Program-made: the position numbers and the translations under genes
NCBI RefSeq assembly: GCF_009914755.1
Contig: NC_060940.1
DNA from: the human T2T-CHM13v2.0 reference genome, Homo sapiens
DNA: 64,000 nucleotides
Reading direction: 5' to 3' (one strand)
In this document: in pieces, positions 31,893 through 47,716 of the stretch
Numbering within the stretch: the stretch's first letter is position 1
Layout of the letters: each line of letters starts with the position of its first letter
The notes under the pieces: generated by a model
The model's database searches: none
Told to the model about the DNA's origin: nothing
Seen by the model: the letters and a program-made list of their open reading frames with translations, nothing else

Positions 31893-32251
31893 TGCAGTGG
31901 CCGCACCTTGTGTGGAGGGCCACACGGCGTGTCCCGCCTGGCCTGGGCCCCCCGCAGTGGGCTGTTATCCCCCGTGGCCCTGAAGTGGGTATTCTGTTTC
32001 CCCGTGGAAACCTCTCACCTGGGGCCACCTGCAGTGGCCGCACCTTGTGTGGAGGGCCGCACAGTGTGTCCCGCCTGGCCTGGGCCACCCGCAGTGGGCT
32101 GTTATCCCCCGTGGCCCTGAAGTGGGTATTCTGTTTCCCCATGGAAACCTCTCACCTGGGGCCACCTGCAGTGGCCGCACCTTGTGTGGAGGGCCGCACA
32201 GTGTGTCCCGCCTGGCCTGGGCCCCCCGCAGTGGGCTGTTATCCCTGTGGC
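31893..32251. repeat. 137-bp tandem repeat, about 2.6 copies
   Basis: TGCAGTGGCCGCACCTTGTGTGGAGGGCC at 31893, 32030 and 32167. Confidence 0.93.
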
Positions 32252-33859
32252 CCCCACAGAGCCATGGGGCAACTTGCTGAAACCCACCTGGGTGGCTGCC
32301 CCTTGCTATACCCACCTCCCCTGCCCTCTGTAGGGCCCCAGCCCATGCTGTTGTCCTGACATGCCTCTCCTGGGATTCCTGCCTCTGCCCTGCTGGTACT
32401 AGGCTGCTGGCCACACCCCACATCTCAGGTTCCTGAATACACCGGCCCTTCCTGGCTCTCAAGTCTGTGCCCTGCAGTGCCCCTGCCCCCAACTCGAGGA
32501 CCTCCCAGCTCAGCCAGTTCCAACCCTGTCTGCAGGGACGGGGCTCAGCCTGTGCCTGGGTTGGGGACACCATCTAGTCAGAAATGTCCCCAGCAGAGAG
32601 CAGAACGTGAGTGGCGTGTGGAGGAGTGAGACGCCCCGTGGCTGTGCAGCCCTCTCCAGGTGTCAGTCAGCTGACACTCCTGCCTCTGAGCACCTGCTCT
32701 GCCGGAAATGGCAGAAATGTTGCCAGAGAAAGGGGCGGAGCGGGGGTGGGGAGCATTTCTGTCTTAAATTAAAACAAAACTTAACTGCTTCACACCTGCA
32801 TTGGCTGCCGCGCCACCTGATTGCTCCTGCCTGAGTTTCTTTAATTATTTGTGTCTGCTGGTTTCTTCCCTGAAGCAGTCTTGAAATAGAAGCAGCAGCC
32901 TCAGCTACCTGGGCACCCTGACAGTCAGAGACACCGCACAGGGGCCTCTGCGACAGGCATGCAGGCAGACCCTGCAAGGTGAAGCCGCACAGATGCTCTG
33001 GGGCTGCTTAAATCTCAGCGTACGGGGGGTTTGCATCTGCTGACAGCAGGCCCGGGAACATTTCCAGTTCAGCCAAGGAGTCGGTGCAGCAGGTGGAGTA
33101 CAGCTGCCCTGCGGGGCCTGGCTCCACCAGGGGCCAAGACCCTTCGTGGGGAGGAGCACAGCCTGAGGGCCTCAGGGTTTGTGCCCTCCGACACCTGAGA
33201 TTCAGGGCTCCCAGAGGGGTGGGTGGGCGCCCCAGGACAACCAGGTGATGATGGGCGCTGTGAACTCTGAAAAGCCCCAGCATCAGAGACCTGCTGCTCT
33301 CTCATGTGAAGGGACTCCCCACCCCACGCTCACACTCGCAGACGCACTTGGTACTTTCATCTGAGTCTCACGCAGTAGCCCTTCTCTCCACAGCATCCCA
33401 GAACCCGAGGGTGCCCCTCACTACCACGGTCCCGGATCCACGTGGCTCAAGTGAGGCTGTGGCCGACAGCTGGGCTGTCCGATCCACTCTTGTCTGTGCC
33501 GAGGCGTGGGTCCCGGCCAGCGTCCCTCCCCAGAAGGTCTCCCTCAGGACTAGTCATGAGAATGGCCATCCCTAGGCCTGTGGAGTGACTCATGACTGTT
33601 CCTGGGCAGATGATCAGCCAGGCCTTCAGAGCTGAATTAAGAGGCTTGGTGTCATATTTGTCAGGAAACAGAAAGTACCTGCAGAAAGGAATGTGCCCTG
33701 TGGGGATGGGAGGACACCTTCCCAGGATCATCCCCGGGGCCAGAGTATCTGGACCCTCCCCAGGTGGCAGCTGGCCTGCCAGGCCCAGGGCTCAGCCTCC
33801 TCCATCACCTCGCTGAGGGGCTGGCTCCTACCACTCCCTCACATCCTGTGACATATCAC

Positions 33860-34762
33860 AGGTACCACACACACATGCAGTGCGCGCACGGGTATCACAG
33901 ATACACGCAGTGTGCACACGGATAGCACACGTAGTACGCATGGGTATCACATGCAGTGCACACACAGGTATCACACGCACGCAGTGTGCACACTGGTATC
34001 ACACACATGCAGTGCATGAACGGGTATCACACACATGCCTAGTGTGCGCATGGGTATCACACACATGCCTAGTGTGCGCATGGGTATCACACACATGCAG
34101 TGTCCACACAAGTATCACACACACATACACATTGTGTGTGCACAGCTGTTACACACATAAATACAGAAAAAAAGACCTGATGGAAACCCCAGAAGTCAAT
34201 ATGGCTGAGCTCCAGGCCGGACTCCCTGACGATGTCATAGGACGAGGGGGCGCGTGTGCACACTGCATATATGTGTGTGTGAGACCCGTTTGCACACTAC
34301 ATGTATGTGTGTGATACCCCTGTGCACACTGCATGTGTGTGATACCTGTGTGTGCACTGCTCATGTGTGTGTTACCCGTGCGTGCACTGTGCGTATGTGT
34401 GTGATACCCGTGCGTACTCTGCGCATGTGTGATACCCGTGCACACACTGAGTGTGTGTTACCTGTGCACATGCTGCATGTATGTGTGTGTGTTACCCATC
34501 TGCTCACTGTATGTATGTGTGTGAGATACCCATGCGCACACTGTGTGTGTGATACCCATGCATGCACTGCGTGTATGTGTGTGATACCTGTGCACATACC
34601 ATGTGTATGTGATAACTGTGCACGCACTGCGTGTGTCACATATGCACACACTGCATGTGTGTGTGATACCCATGTGCGCACTGCATATACGTGTGTGTTA
34701 CCTGTGTGCAACACTGCATGTGTATGTGACACCTGTGCGCACACTGCATGTGTGTGTGATAT
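33860..34762. repeat. Two inverted arrays of a CA/TG-rich minisatellite (about 28-32-bp unit)
   Basis: Left units GGGTATCACACACATGCAGTG; right units CACTGCATGTGTGTGATACCC. Confidence 0.9.
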
Positions 34763-34978
34763 TTGTTGAAAAGACTACCCTTTCTGCATTGCATTGCCAT
34801 TGCCACTTTGCCAAAGATTAATTGGACATATTTGAGAGGGTCTACATACAGGTTATCTGTTCTGTTCCCTTGATCTATGTTTCCATTCCTCTACCGACAC
34901 CACATTATCTTGACTGTTGTGGTTTTATAGTAGGTCTTAACAATTGTAGTGTGATTTCACCAGCTTTATTCTTTCTCA

Positions 34979-35320
<342 letters not shown>

Positions 35321-35370
35321 AATTAGCTTGTCTATATCTACAAAAAGTTCTTTTGAGGTCTTGAATGGAA

Positions 35371-35679
<309 letters not shown>

Positions 35680-35756
35680 TGTTGATTGGAATTTAGCCAT
35701 TCTGATCGGGGAGATCACTTGGGGGAGAATTAACAATTACTATGCTGAGTCTTCCA

Positions 35757-36069
35757 ATCCATGAACATGGTATGTCTCTCCATTTACTTAGATCCGTGAA
35801 CACGGTGTGTCTCTCCGTTTACTTAGATCCGTGAACACAGTGTGTCTCTCCGTTTACTTAGATCCGTGAACCTGGTGTGTCTCTCCATTTACGTAGATCC
35901 GTGAACACGGTATGTCTCTCCATTTACTTAGATCCGCAAACACGGTATATCTCTCCATTTACTTAGATCCGTGAACACGGTATGTTTCTCCATTTACATA
36001 GATCTGTGAACACGGTCTGTCTCTCCATTTACTTAGATCAGTGAACATGGTGTGTCTCTCCATTTAGAT
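35757..36069. repeat. 35-bp minisatellite, about 9 copies, inside L1
   Basis: GATCCGTGAACACGGTGTGTCTCTCCATTTACTTA with period 35 (35791, 35826, ...). Confidence 0.93.
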
Positions 36070-36205
36070 ATACTTTGGTTTCTTCTGTGTTGTATTCAGC
36101 ATATAGATGCTGTACTTGTGTTAAATTTATAAGTAAATGTTTCTTCTTTTCTTTATTCCTCCTATTTCTTCTCCTCCTTTTCCTCTCCTTTTTAAACTAT
36201 TGTAA

Positions 36206-36547
<342 letters not shown>

Positions 36548-37311
36548 TAGTTTTCAACTGTTCATTGCTAGTAGGTAGAAATAGAATTGATTTTTGTGTG
36601 TTGGCCTCAAATACTTTAGTTGTTACCTTGCTAAATTAACTTACTAGTTTTAGGAGATTTTAATAGACTTCTTGGGAATTTCTACAAATACAATCATGTT
36701 TTCTGCAAATACAAACAGTTTTATTTCTTCCTTTCCAACCTGTATGACCAAAGCCCTGACTAGGACTTCCAATACGATACTGAACAGAAGCAGTCCGAGT
36801 GGACCTTCTTATTTCTGATCTTAGGGAAAGGATTCAGTCTTTCAGCAAGTGTGTTAGTTACTGGCTTTTTGCAGATTCCATTCTATCTATAATGTGCTTA
36901 GACTTTTTATCACTAAATGTATGTTGAATATTTTCAAAAAGCTTTTCGGTATTGATGGACTTTTCTTTATTAGGCTGTTAATATGGTAGATTACATTGAA
37001 CCAAGCTTTCATTCCCAGGACAAACCCCACTTGGTCCTGGTGGGTCATTTTTTTATATATAGTACTGGATTTGATTTGCTAGCATATTGCTGAGTATTTT
37101 TGCATCTGTATTCATAAGAAATTTTGGTCTGTAGTTTCCCATTTTTGTACTTTCTTTGGGTTGTGTTTGAGGGTGATGCTGGCCTCATTAAATGAGTTGG
37201 GAAGTGTTCTCTCCTCTTTTTTTTTCTGGAAGAGATTGTGTAGAATTGGTATTATTTCTTCTTTCAATGATTGGTGGAATTCACCAATGAAATCATCTGG
37301 GCCTAGAGGTT

Positions 37312-37625
<314 letters not shown>

Positions 37626-38199
37626 AACGTTTCTTTTTTGAAAGAAAAAGAACTATGAATTCAATTTCTTTAGTGCTTATAGGACTGTTCAGGTCATCTG
37701 TTGCATCTTGGGTGATTTTTGGTACATATCATTTTTGAGGAATTGGTTCATTTAATCTGTTAAGTTTCTTTATGTAGAGTTTCCCTTCAGGCCACGAAAC
37801 CATTAAAAGGTTGATTAAAAGGTTAATAAGGGAATTCCCATCTTAACCTTTTAATGGTTTCAGGGCCTGAAGTTATGTGGCTCCCATTCCTCATGTTGGT
37901 AATTTGTGTCTTCTGTTTCTTTTTTCTTTGTTATCCTTGCTAGAAGTTTATCTGTTTTATGGCTCTTTTTTCAAAGAAGTCACTTTTGGATACATTGATT
38001 TTTCTTTACTGTTTTTCTGTTTTCAGTTTCACTAGTTCTTGGTTTCTTCTACTTGCTTCTGGCTTTTCTCTTTTTCTAGTTGCTTAAGGTGAAGCTTTAG
38101 ATTATTGATTTGAGACCTTTCCTCTTTATAATGTGTACATTTAATGACGTACGTTGCCCTTAAGCATTGCTTTAGCTGCATCCCCAAATTTATATATAA

Positions 38200-38519
<320 letters not shown>

Positions 38520-38806
38520 TAAATTTTGATATATTTTTATTTTCATTTAGTTCAAAATATTTTTAATGTTCCTTAAGACTTCCTCTTTGACTTGTGGATT
38601 ATTTAGAAGTATAGCACATATTTTCCAAATAGTTGGATATTTTTCCATTATCTTTCTGTTACTGATTTCTAGTTTAAGTCCATTACAGTCAAAAGACGCA
38701 CTTGGTATATTTCAATTCTTTTAAATTTGTTAAGTTGTGTTTTGTGGCCCAGAATGTGGTTTCTTTTCAGGAATGTTCTGGTGTACTTGAAAAGAGTATA
38801 TATTCT

Positions 38807-39096
<290 letters not shown>

Positions 39097-40249
39097 TTAG
39101 GAAATGTCTGTTCTGTAAATTAGATGAAGGTGTTTGATCGTGTTGTTCAGTTCTTCTATATCCTTGCTGGTTTTCTCACCACTTGTTCTGTTACTAAGTG
39201 AGGGGTTGAATTTTCCAACTATAACTGCCTGTTTCTGCTTTCAGTTTTTGCTTCATATATTTTGAAAGTCTGTTGTTTGGTACATTCACATTTATAATGA
39301 TTGTGTCTTATTGGTGAATTGACTCTTATTAACATTTAATGCTCTGGTAATGCTCTTTGCTCTTAAGTTTACTTTGATATTATTATAGCTATTTTAATTT
39401 CTCGGTTGGAGTTTGCATGGTATTTATTGTTCTATCCCTTTACTTCCAACCTACCTGTGTAATTGTATTTGAAGCAAGTTTCTTATACACAGCATACAGT
39501 TGGATTATGTGTGTTTTTTAAATCCAGCCTGACAAGCTTTGTAATTGGTATGTTTAGACCATTTACATTTAATGTAATTATTGATGTGCTTGAATTTAAG
39601 CCTACCATTTTACTATGTGTTTACTATTGTTCCCTGAGAGTTTTATTGCTCAACTTTACTGCCTTCTTTGAGGTTATTTTTTCATATTCCATTTTAATTT
39701 GTCTCTTAAGTTTTTGACCATAAATGTCTTTGCATAGTTTTTTTAGTAGTAGTTCCAGAAACTACAATATACATACTTCCTTTTTTACAGTCTACTTAAA
39801 GTCAACATTTTAACACTTCCAGAAGAATGTAGAGCCACATCCCTGCCTCCACATCGGTTACTTACCCTCTGCCTTTAGAGTGTAGTCAGTGTAATACCTG
39901 TATTTGTTGTAAACTCCGTTAGACAAAATGGTAATTTTTGCTTTCAACAGTCAAAAATATTTCAGAGAACTTGAGAAGAAAGGAACTCAACTTCATTCAT
40001 CCAAATATTTGCCACTTCTGTTGCTTTTCCTGTATTCCCAATATACCAAGTCTCCTTCTGATACCAGTTTCTTTCTGTCTGAAGGACATTCTATAGGAAT
40101 TCTTTTAGATCAGATCTGCTTGCAACAAATTACCTTATTTTTCCTCATCTAAGAATGTCTTTATCTTCCTTCCTGAAGGATATTTTCATTGGATTAGGAA
40201 TTCTGGGTTGACAACTATTTTCTTTCAGCACTTTAAAAATATGATTCTT

Positions 40250-40542
<293 letters not shown>

Positions 40543-41061
40543 CTACTAATAATATAACTCCACTTCTTTCCGGCCTCCATTGTTTCCGTGGAGAAATCAG
40601 TGGGCGCAGGAACCCTTGTTCCTCTCTGTGTGTCAGTGATTGGATTATGATGTGTCTGGGCTTGGACATCTTTTGGTTTGTCCTGTTTGGGATTCTCTCA
40701 GCTTCTTTAGTTTATAGGCTTATGTTTTCACCAAATTTTGGGTTTTTAGCCAAATTTTATCAAACGACTTTGTGCACCTAAGTGTTATCTTTTCTTCTGT
40801 CACTCCAGTAGCATGAACGTTAGCCCTCTGTGTGTTGACTTTCCTGGTGATTTTTCTCTGCTGTTCAGATTTTGGGTCATTTCTGTTGCTCTGTCTTCAA
40901 GTTGTCACGTTCGTTTCTTCATCGTCCTGCTCCTGAACCAATCCATGAGATTCTTTATTTCTGTATTTTTCAGTTTTTAAATTATTGTTTGGTTCTGCTT
41001 TATATCTGTTATTTCTTTGTTGAGACTTTCTGTTTTTCCATTTATTTCCAAGTGTTTGCCC

Positions 41062-41347
41062 TTTCTTTCTTTTTCTTTTTCTTTTTTTTTTTTTTTTTTT
41101 TTTTTTTGAGACAGGGTCTCACTCCGTCACCTAGGCTGAAGTGCAGGGCTGCAGTCTTGGTTCACTGCAATCTCCACCTCAAGCGATCCTCCTACCTCAG
41201 CCTCCCAAGTAGCTGGGACTACAAGCACTGACCACCACACCTGGCTAGTTTTTATCTTTTTTGTAGAGACAGGGTTTTGCCATGTTGCCCAGGCTGTTCT
41301 CAAACACCCGAGCTCAAGCAGTCTGCCCGCCTCAGCCTCCCAAAGTG
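41062..41347 (-). mobile_element. Alu (AluJ-like)
   Basis: Long poly-T and antisense Alu body. Confidence 0.88.
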
Positions 41348-41845
41348 TGCCCTTACTTTTTGGAGCATTTTTATAATAGTGCTTTAAAGTCTTTCTCAGA
41401 TAATTCCAATAACTGTGTTGTCTCAGTGCTGTTGTATTCTTTTTCTATATGAGTTGCTATTTTTCTGGTTTTTTCCCGTGTTGAGTAACTTTGTATTGTA
41501 CCCTGGATATTTTTAATGTTAGGGATGAGATTCTTGGTCTTGTTGACATTCTGTGAAGATGTTGAGGTGTTTGTTTTACTGTGACTTGGTTGGCTTAACT
41601 CTACAAAGTCTGACCCTCCTTCCCTGGGATTGGTCTCATTGTCATTTTATTTGTAGGGCCTTTGCCTTGCTGTCTCTACATGTCCCACAAGTGTACTGAC
41701 CAGTGGCCAGTCTGACCACGTCAGTGGAGCAGATAAAGGACAGCAGTGGAAAAATTCACGAAATTCAGATAAAGTCCGTGGTTTCTTTGAAAAAACAAAC
41801 ACAAGGCTCTGAGCAGCCAGGAGTTAGGCTGGGCACTGCACGGAA

Positions 41846-42016
41846 AGCCCCGTCACCATGTGGGGCAGGTGTTTCACCCCCGTGGGTGGCGTCAGCCCCT
41901 CCTGGAGGAGCCCAGGCTGGCGGGTTGGCAGCCCCGTCATCATGTGGGGCAGGTGTTTCACCCCCGTGGGTGGCGTCAGCCCCTCCTGGAGGAGCCGAGG
42001 CTGGCGGGTTGGCAGC
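41846..42016. repeat. 84-bp tandem duplication
   Basis: AGCCCCGTCA(C/T)CATGTGGGGCAGG at 41846 and 41930, nearly identical. Confidence 0.92.
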
Positions 42017-42722
42017 AGGACGACACACTCGGCAGAGGCTGCCATGGGGCAGTGTTGGCCCCACGGCGTTTGAGCGCCCTTTCTCCACATCAGATCAGTG
42101 TGTTCTGCTATTTCGCAGCTACTTCCCTGGCCCCTGGTTTTCTGAAGTCCATTCCAGATGGCAGGTGATGAGCCTCAGTGAGACTCTTGTACGCATCCCT
42201 TGACCTCCGGGGTCACAGCCAGTCACTTTCACAGTAGAGAAGAGTGAGGGTCGTGGAGCTGGCAGCTGCTCATCTGAAGCCCCTGCTCCTTCTCTGCCCT
42301 CCCCAGACCTTCCTGACCTATGAGCCGAGGGCTCGGCCGGTGTCTTCACAGACCCACCGTGTCCAGGGCCTCCCGTGCCATCTGTTCCTGGTGCTGCAGG
42401 GACCCCCAGCCCAGGCTCATATAACCCAGCCTCCCTCCCGCCCTCTCCATGGTCACAATAGAAGAACAGTGAGGCTGTGTTTCCTGGGGCCATGGCAGTG
42501 CCTGCATGCTTAACAGGGGCCTCCAGGGACCCTCCACCCTCAGGCCCCACCTTCCCTTCCCACGGAGTCTTCCCTCTTGTAATTGGTCACTCAGCCCTGT
42601 GGAGGGCGCTGCCCGCTCCAAGCTGCCCCAGCCCCTGTGGGCAAGGTGTGGACAGGTGCCCGCTGCTGTGTTCCCTGGTTTGAGAAACGCCCCCGAAGAT
42701 GGGATTTGGGCACAGGTTTTAG

Positions 42723-43640
<918 letters not shown>

Positions 43641-43989
43641 TAGCCACACTTGTGCCCTCCACATCCTTCTCCCCACCAGAGTCAGAAGTCAGCTGACGCA
43701 GTGCGGTTGGTTTGCAGTGCGGCTGTTTGTTTACTGTTCCACAAATTAGCACATTCTCTCTGCCTGCCAGAACAGGCCTGTGGGTGAGTGGGAACCTGCC
43801 CACCTGATTGAGGTGGCCCAGGAAGCCTGTGGCGGTCAGGAGAGACGGCGGCGCCCCTGGAGCCTGCTGGCAGCCCCCACTGCCACCCTCCTGCTCTCCC
43901 TGAGCCTGCCCTGAGCTGCTGCTGCCTGACCCCCCTCCTTTGTGAGAAGCTGGCTTGGTCCCAGGATCCCACATCCCGCCCCATGGGGC

Positions 43990-44926
43990 GTATTTGGACA
44001 GTGGATATTTCGACATTTGGATAGTGGACGTATATGGATGGACATTTGGATAGCGGACGTATGTGGATGTGTTACTAGGGGGTCCTTGCTCCCAGAGCTC
44101 CCAAGATGGTAGCGGGCAGCTTCCAAAATGGCGGCAGGCTGCTTCCAAGATGGTGGCAAGCGTCGTGTTCTCTGACCTGGGGTTCTTGGCCTTATGGATT
44201 CCAAGGAATGGAATCTTGGGCCATGCGGTAAGTGTTATAGCTCTATTAGAAGCCGTGGGCCACAGAAAAGAACCATGGAACCCAGTGACTAGTGTTCAGC
44301 TTGATTAGGATGAACGTGGGTGCTTAGCCGTGCAGGAACAATGGCGAGCCTTTAGGCCAATCGGGAGTGGCAGTGGGTGCCTCGCTGGATCAGGAGCACA
44401 GTGGACACCCTGCGGGATCCGGAGGAATAGAAGTCAGCGGCGGGTCTGCAACGGCGGCAAGCAGCAGTGGTGGACGGCGAGCGAAAGCTCAACTTGAGCC
44501 GTAACTACCACGGACCAGAAGAGAGTGTAGTTGCAAGATTTAATAGAGTGAAAACAGAGCTCCCATACAAAGGGAGGGGACCCAGAGAGGGCAGCCGTTG
44601 CCAGGTTTATATCCCGATCATTGTCCCTCCTGCTGTGCTCTGAGGAGATAGATGATTGGCTATTGTTTACCTCCTGTTTTAGCCTAATTAGCATTTTAGT
44701 GAGCTCGCTTTACTACCTGACTGGTCGGGTGTGAGCTAAGTTGCAAGCCCCCTGCTTAAAGGTGGATGTGGTCACCTTCCCAGCTAGGCTTAGGGATTCT
44801 TAGTCGGCCTAGGAAATCCAGCTAGTCCTGTCTCTCAGATGGACATTTGGATAGTGGACGTATGTCCATGGATATTTGGATAGCAGACGTGCGTGGGTGG
44901 ACATTTGGAGAGTGGACACACGTGGT
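43990..44926. repeat. 29-bp minisatellite split by the LTR17 insertion
   Basis: GGACATTTGGATAGTGGACGTAT units on both sides of the LTR. Confidence 0.85.
44070..44837 (-). mobile_element. Solo HERV-W LTR (LTR17-like), 768 bp
   Basis: Minus strand begins TGAGAGACAGGACTAGCTGGATTTCCTAGGCC. TG...CA ends. 4-bp TSD GATG (44066-44069, 44838-44841). TATAAA and ATTAAA on the minus strand. Confidence 0.9.
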
Positions 44927-45719
44927 TGTGTGGCTGCAGGTACTCACTGTAGTGTATTTATCCGGAAGATGTGCACGTTGCTCCTGACCCCTGGGTGGTG
45001 AGATTGCGGTGGTTTTTCTTTTCCTGGTTTTTTTTTTTTTTTTTTGGCCTGTCTATATTTTATGCTGAACATCATTATTTTATAATAACCTTTAAGTAAT
45101 ATTTTCCAAAAAAAAGAGGCCCATTTTCATGCATCAGAATCTGCTGGCCCAAAATCAGAAACGCATCTGCCCCATGCCCTTCCACAGGGAGCAGAGCGGG
45201 GGGCTGCAGCGTGCAGGCGGGATGGGCTCCTTGAGGGATGCTGGAAGGGGCAATGTTGGCCTGCAGCCTCTCCGCCTCATGGCCTGATCCTGTGGGTCCC
45301 AGAGGCCCTGGAGCATGTGCTGCTGTGAGGCAGGTGTGCTAGGTGTGTGGCGGTTCCGCACGTTTGCAAAGTGAAGGCTCCGTGAGCCCCTAGAGCAGAG
45401 GCCAGTGCCCCACGCAGCATCTCATAGGCTTCCCAAGGTACCCTGGGAGGCACCTTCGTGGGCTGGACATCAGCAGAGGACCCAGGGCTGGGGCCCTAGA
45501 AGCCTCTCTGTGACAGGACGTGGTCAGCACATCAAACACTCCCTCCCAATTTATCTTTTTTATACATCCCCATTAGCGCATGCTGATTTGGGGAAACAGC
45601 CTGTCCATGACTTCCCTTCAAATGCAGAATTACAGGAACCGGACTTGAGCAGGTCTTGCTCTGAGCATCCCTCCAGTGCCCTCTGAATGCCCCGACCCCA
45701 ATCCGACTCACGCTGCAGT

Positions 45720-46060
<341 letters not shown>

Positions 46061-46768
46061 TGAAGACGTTTTCTTCTTTGAAAGCACAGGAACCACAGCC
46101 CTGTGGATTTTGCGAGTCGCGGGGCTCCCGGAGCCGCTGGGAGGGCAGCCGTGTGAGATGCGGGGCTGCGAGCGTGGAAACACTCGCAGTCGCCAGTGCT
46201 GAGGCATGTTTCAGCCGGGGCGGAATCACATGCATTAATTATTGTACAGAGATGTCTTTAGTAGAAAATGATTTTGAAATTCAGTTTAATTTCATTGTAA
46301 TGTGCTGCAAACAGGAAGGGAGTATGTGTGTTTAATTGGCTCTCGGGGGTAAGGCCTGGAAGCCGCATGTCTTTGTCACAGGCCATTAGCGATGCTGCTG
46401 CATAATGAGAGCCTGCAATCAGCTCACAGCTGCCGCTCCTGCCGGGAGAGCATGATATTAAATAGAAATCAGGAGAAATTAAACTTAACCCTTTCCCTGG
46501 CCAGCCCCTCCTGCCACACGGATTCTGGCATAAGCCGGCGGGCACAGGGGACAGCCAGGGATGGCTGGACACAGCTGAGGATGGCCGAGGCCGGCCTGCA
46601 GCTCCCCAACGGCCTCCTCCGGGTCAGGATGAGAGGAGAGGTTGCCAGCTTTGATGCCAGCCGCTCCTGCCTCCCCCACCTGCCTCTGTGCCTACAGCCC
46701 GCTTCTGCCTCAAGATCACACAGCGGGCTTGTGAGGCCAGGGGTCTCCGCTGCTGCTCAAGGAGATGG

Positions 46769-46925
46769 CAAAGGTCTGTTTCAGGTAACTCCTCTGACGG
46801 CCACAACGATGTCTTCAGACGTCAAAGGTCTGTCTCAGGTAACTCCTCTGACGGCCACAACGATGTCTTCAGACGTCAAAGGTCTGTCTCAGGTAACTCC
46901 TCTGACGGCCACAATGATCTCTGCA
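46769..46925. repeat. 54-bp tandem repeat x3
   Basis: CAAAGGTCTGT(T/C)TCAGGTAACTCCTCTGACGGCCACAA occurs three times. Confidence 0.92.
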
Positions 46926-47172
46926 GATGCTCTGACTCCACGTGCCCTCGCTCAGAGACACACGCGCACATTTGCCACCTGGGGCGAGTGGAAGGTGACG
47001 TGGAGGTGGGCATCTCTGCCGGGCAGATGCGGGAGCAGCAGCAGCAGCAGCCCCTCCTGGGGGCATCCAGGGGTCAGGAGAGGGGCGGTAGGGCAGGGCG
47101 GCATCCCTGCAGGGGTGAATGGCGTCTTAGGCTCCAGCCGGGTGAGGAAACCTGATAACCGAACTCCTTAGA

Positions 47173-47716
47173 GAAGAGCCAGGGATCCCGGGAGGACCAC
47201 CAGGAGCTTGTGGGGAAGGACTGAGGGGAAGAGCCCCAGGTCTCGGGAGGACCACCAGGAGCTCACGGGGAAGGATTGAGGGGAAGAGCCCCGGGTCTCG
47301 GGAGGACCACCAGGAGCTCACGGGGAAGGATTGAGGGGAAGAGCCCCGGGTCTCGGGAGGACCACCAGGAGCTCACGGGGAAGGATTGAGGGGAAGAGCC
47401 CCAGGTCCCGGGAGGACCACCAGGAGCTCACGGGGAAGGATTGAGGGGAAGAGCCCCAGGTCTCGGGAGGACCACCAGGAGCTCACGGGGAAAGATTGAG
47501 GGGAAGAGCCCCAGGTCTCGGGAGGACCACCAGGAGCTCACGGGGAAAGATTGAGGGGAAGAGCCCCAGGTCTCGGGAGGACCACCAGGAGCTTGTGGGG
47601 AAGGATTGAGGGGAAGAGCCCCAGGTCCCGGGAGGACCACCAGGAGCTCACGGGGAAGGACTGAGGGGAAGAGCCCCAGGTCCCAGGAGGACCACCAGGA
47701 GCTCACAGGGAAGGAT
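47173..47716. repeat. Purine-rich VNTR, 55-bp unit, about 10 copies
   Basis: GAGCCCC(A/G)GGTCTCGGGAGGACCACCAGGAGCTCACGGGGAAGGATTGAGGGGAA. Confidence 0.95.

Noticed and set aside
33880-34769. Cys/His-rich ORFs resembling metal-binding proteins
   Set aside because: Artefacts of translating (CA/TG)-rich repeats.
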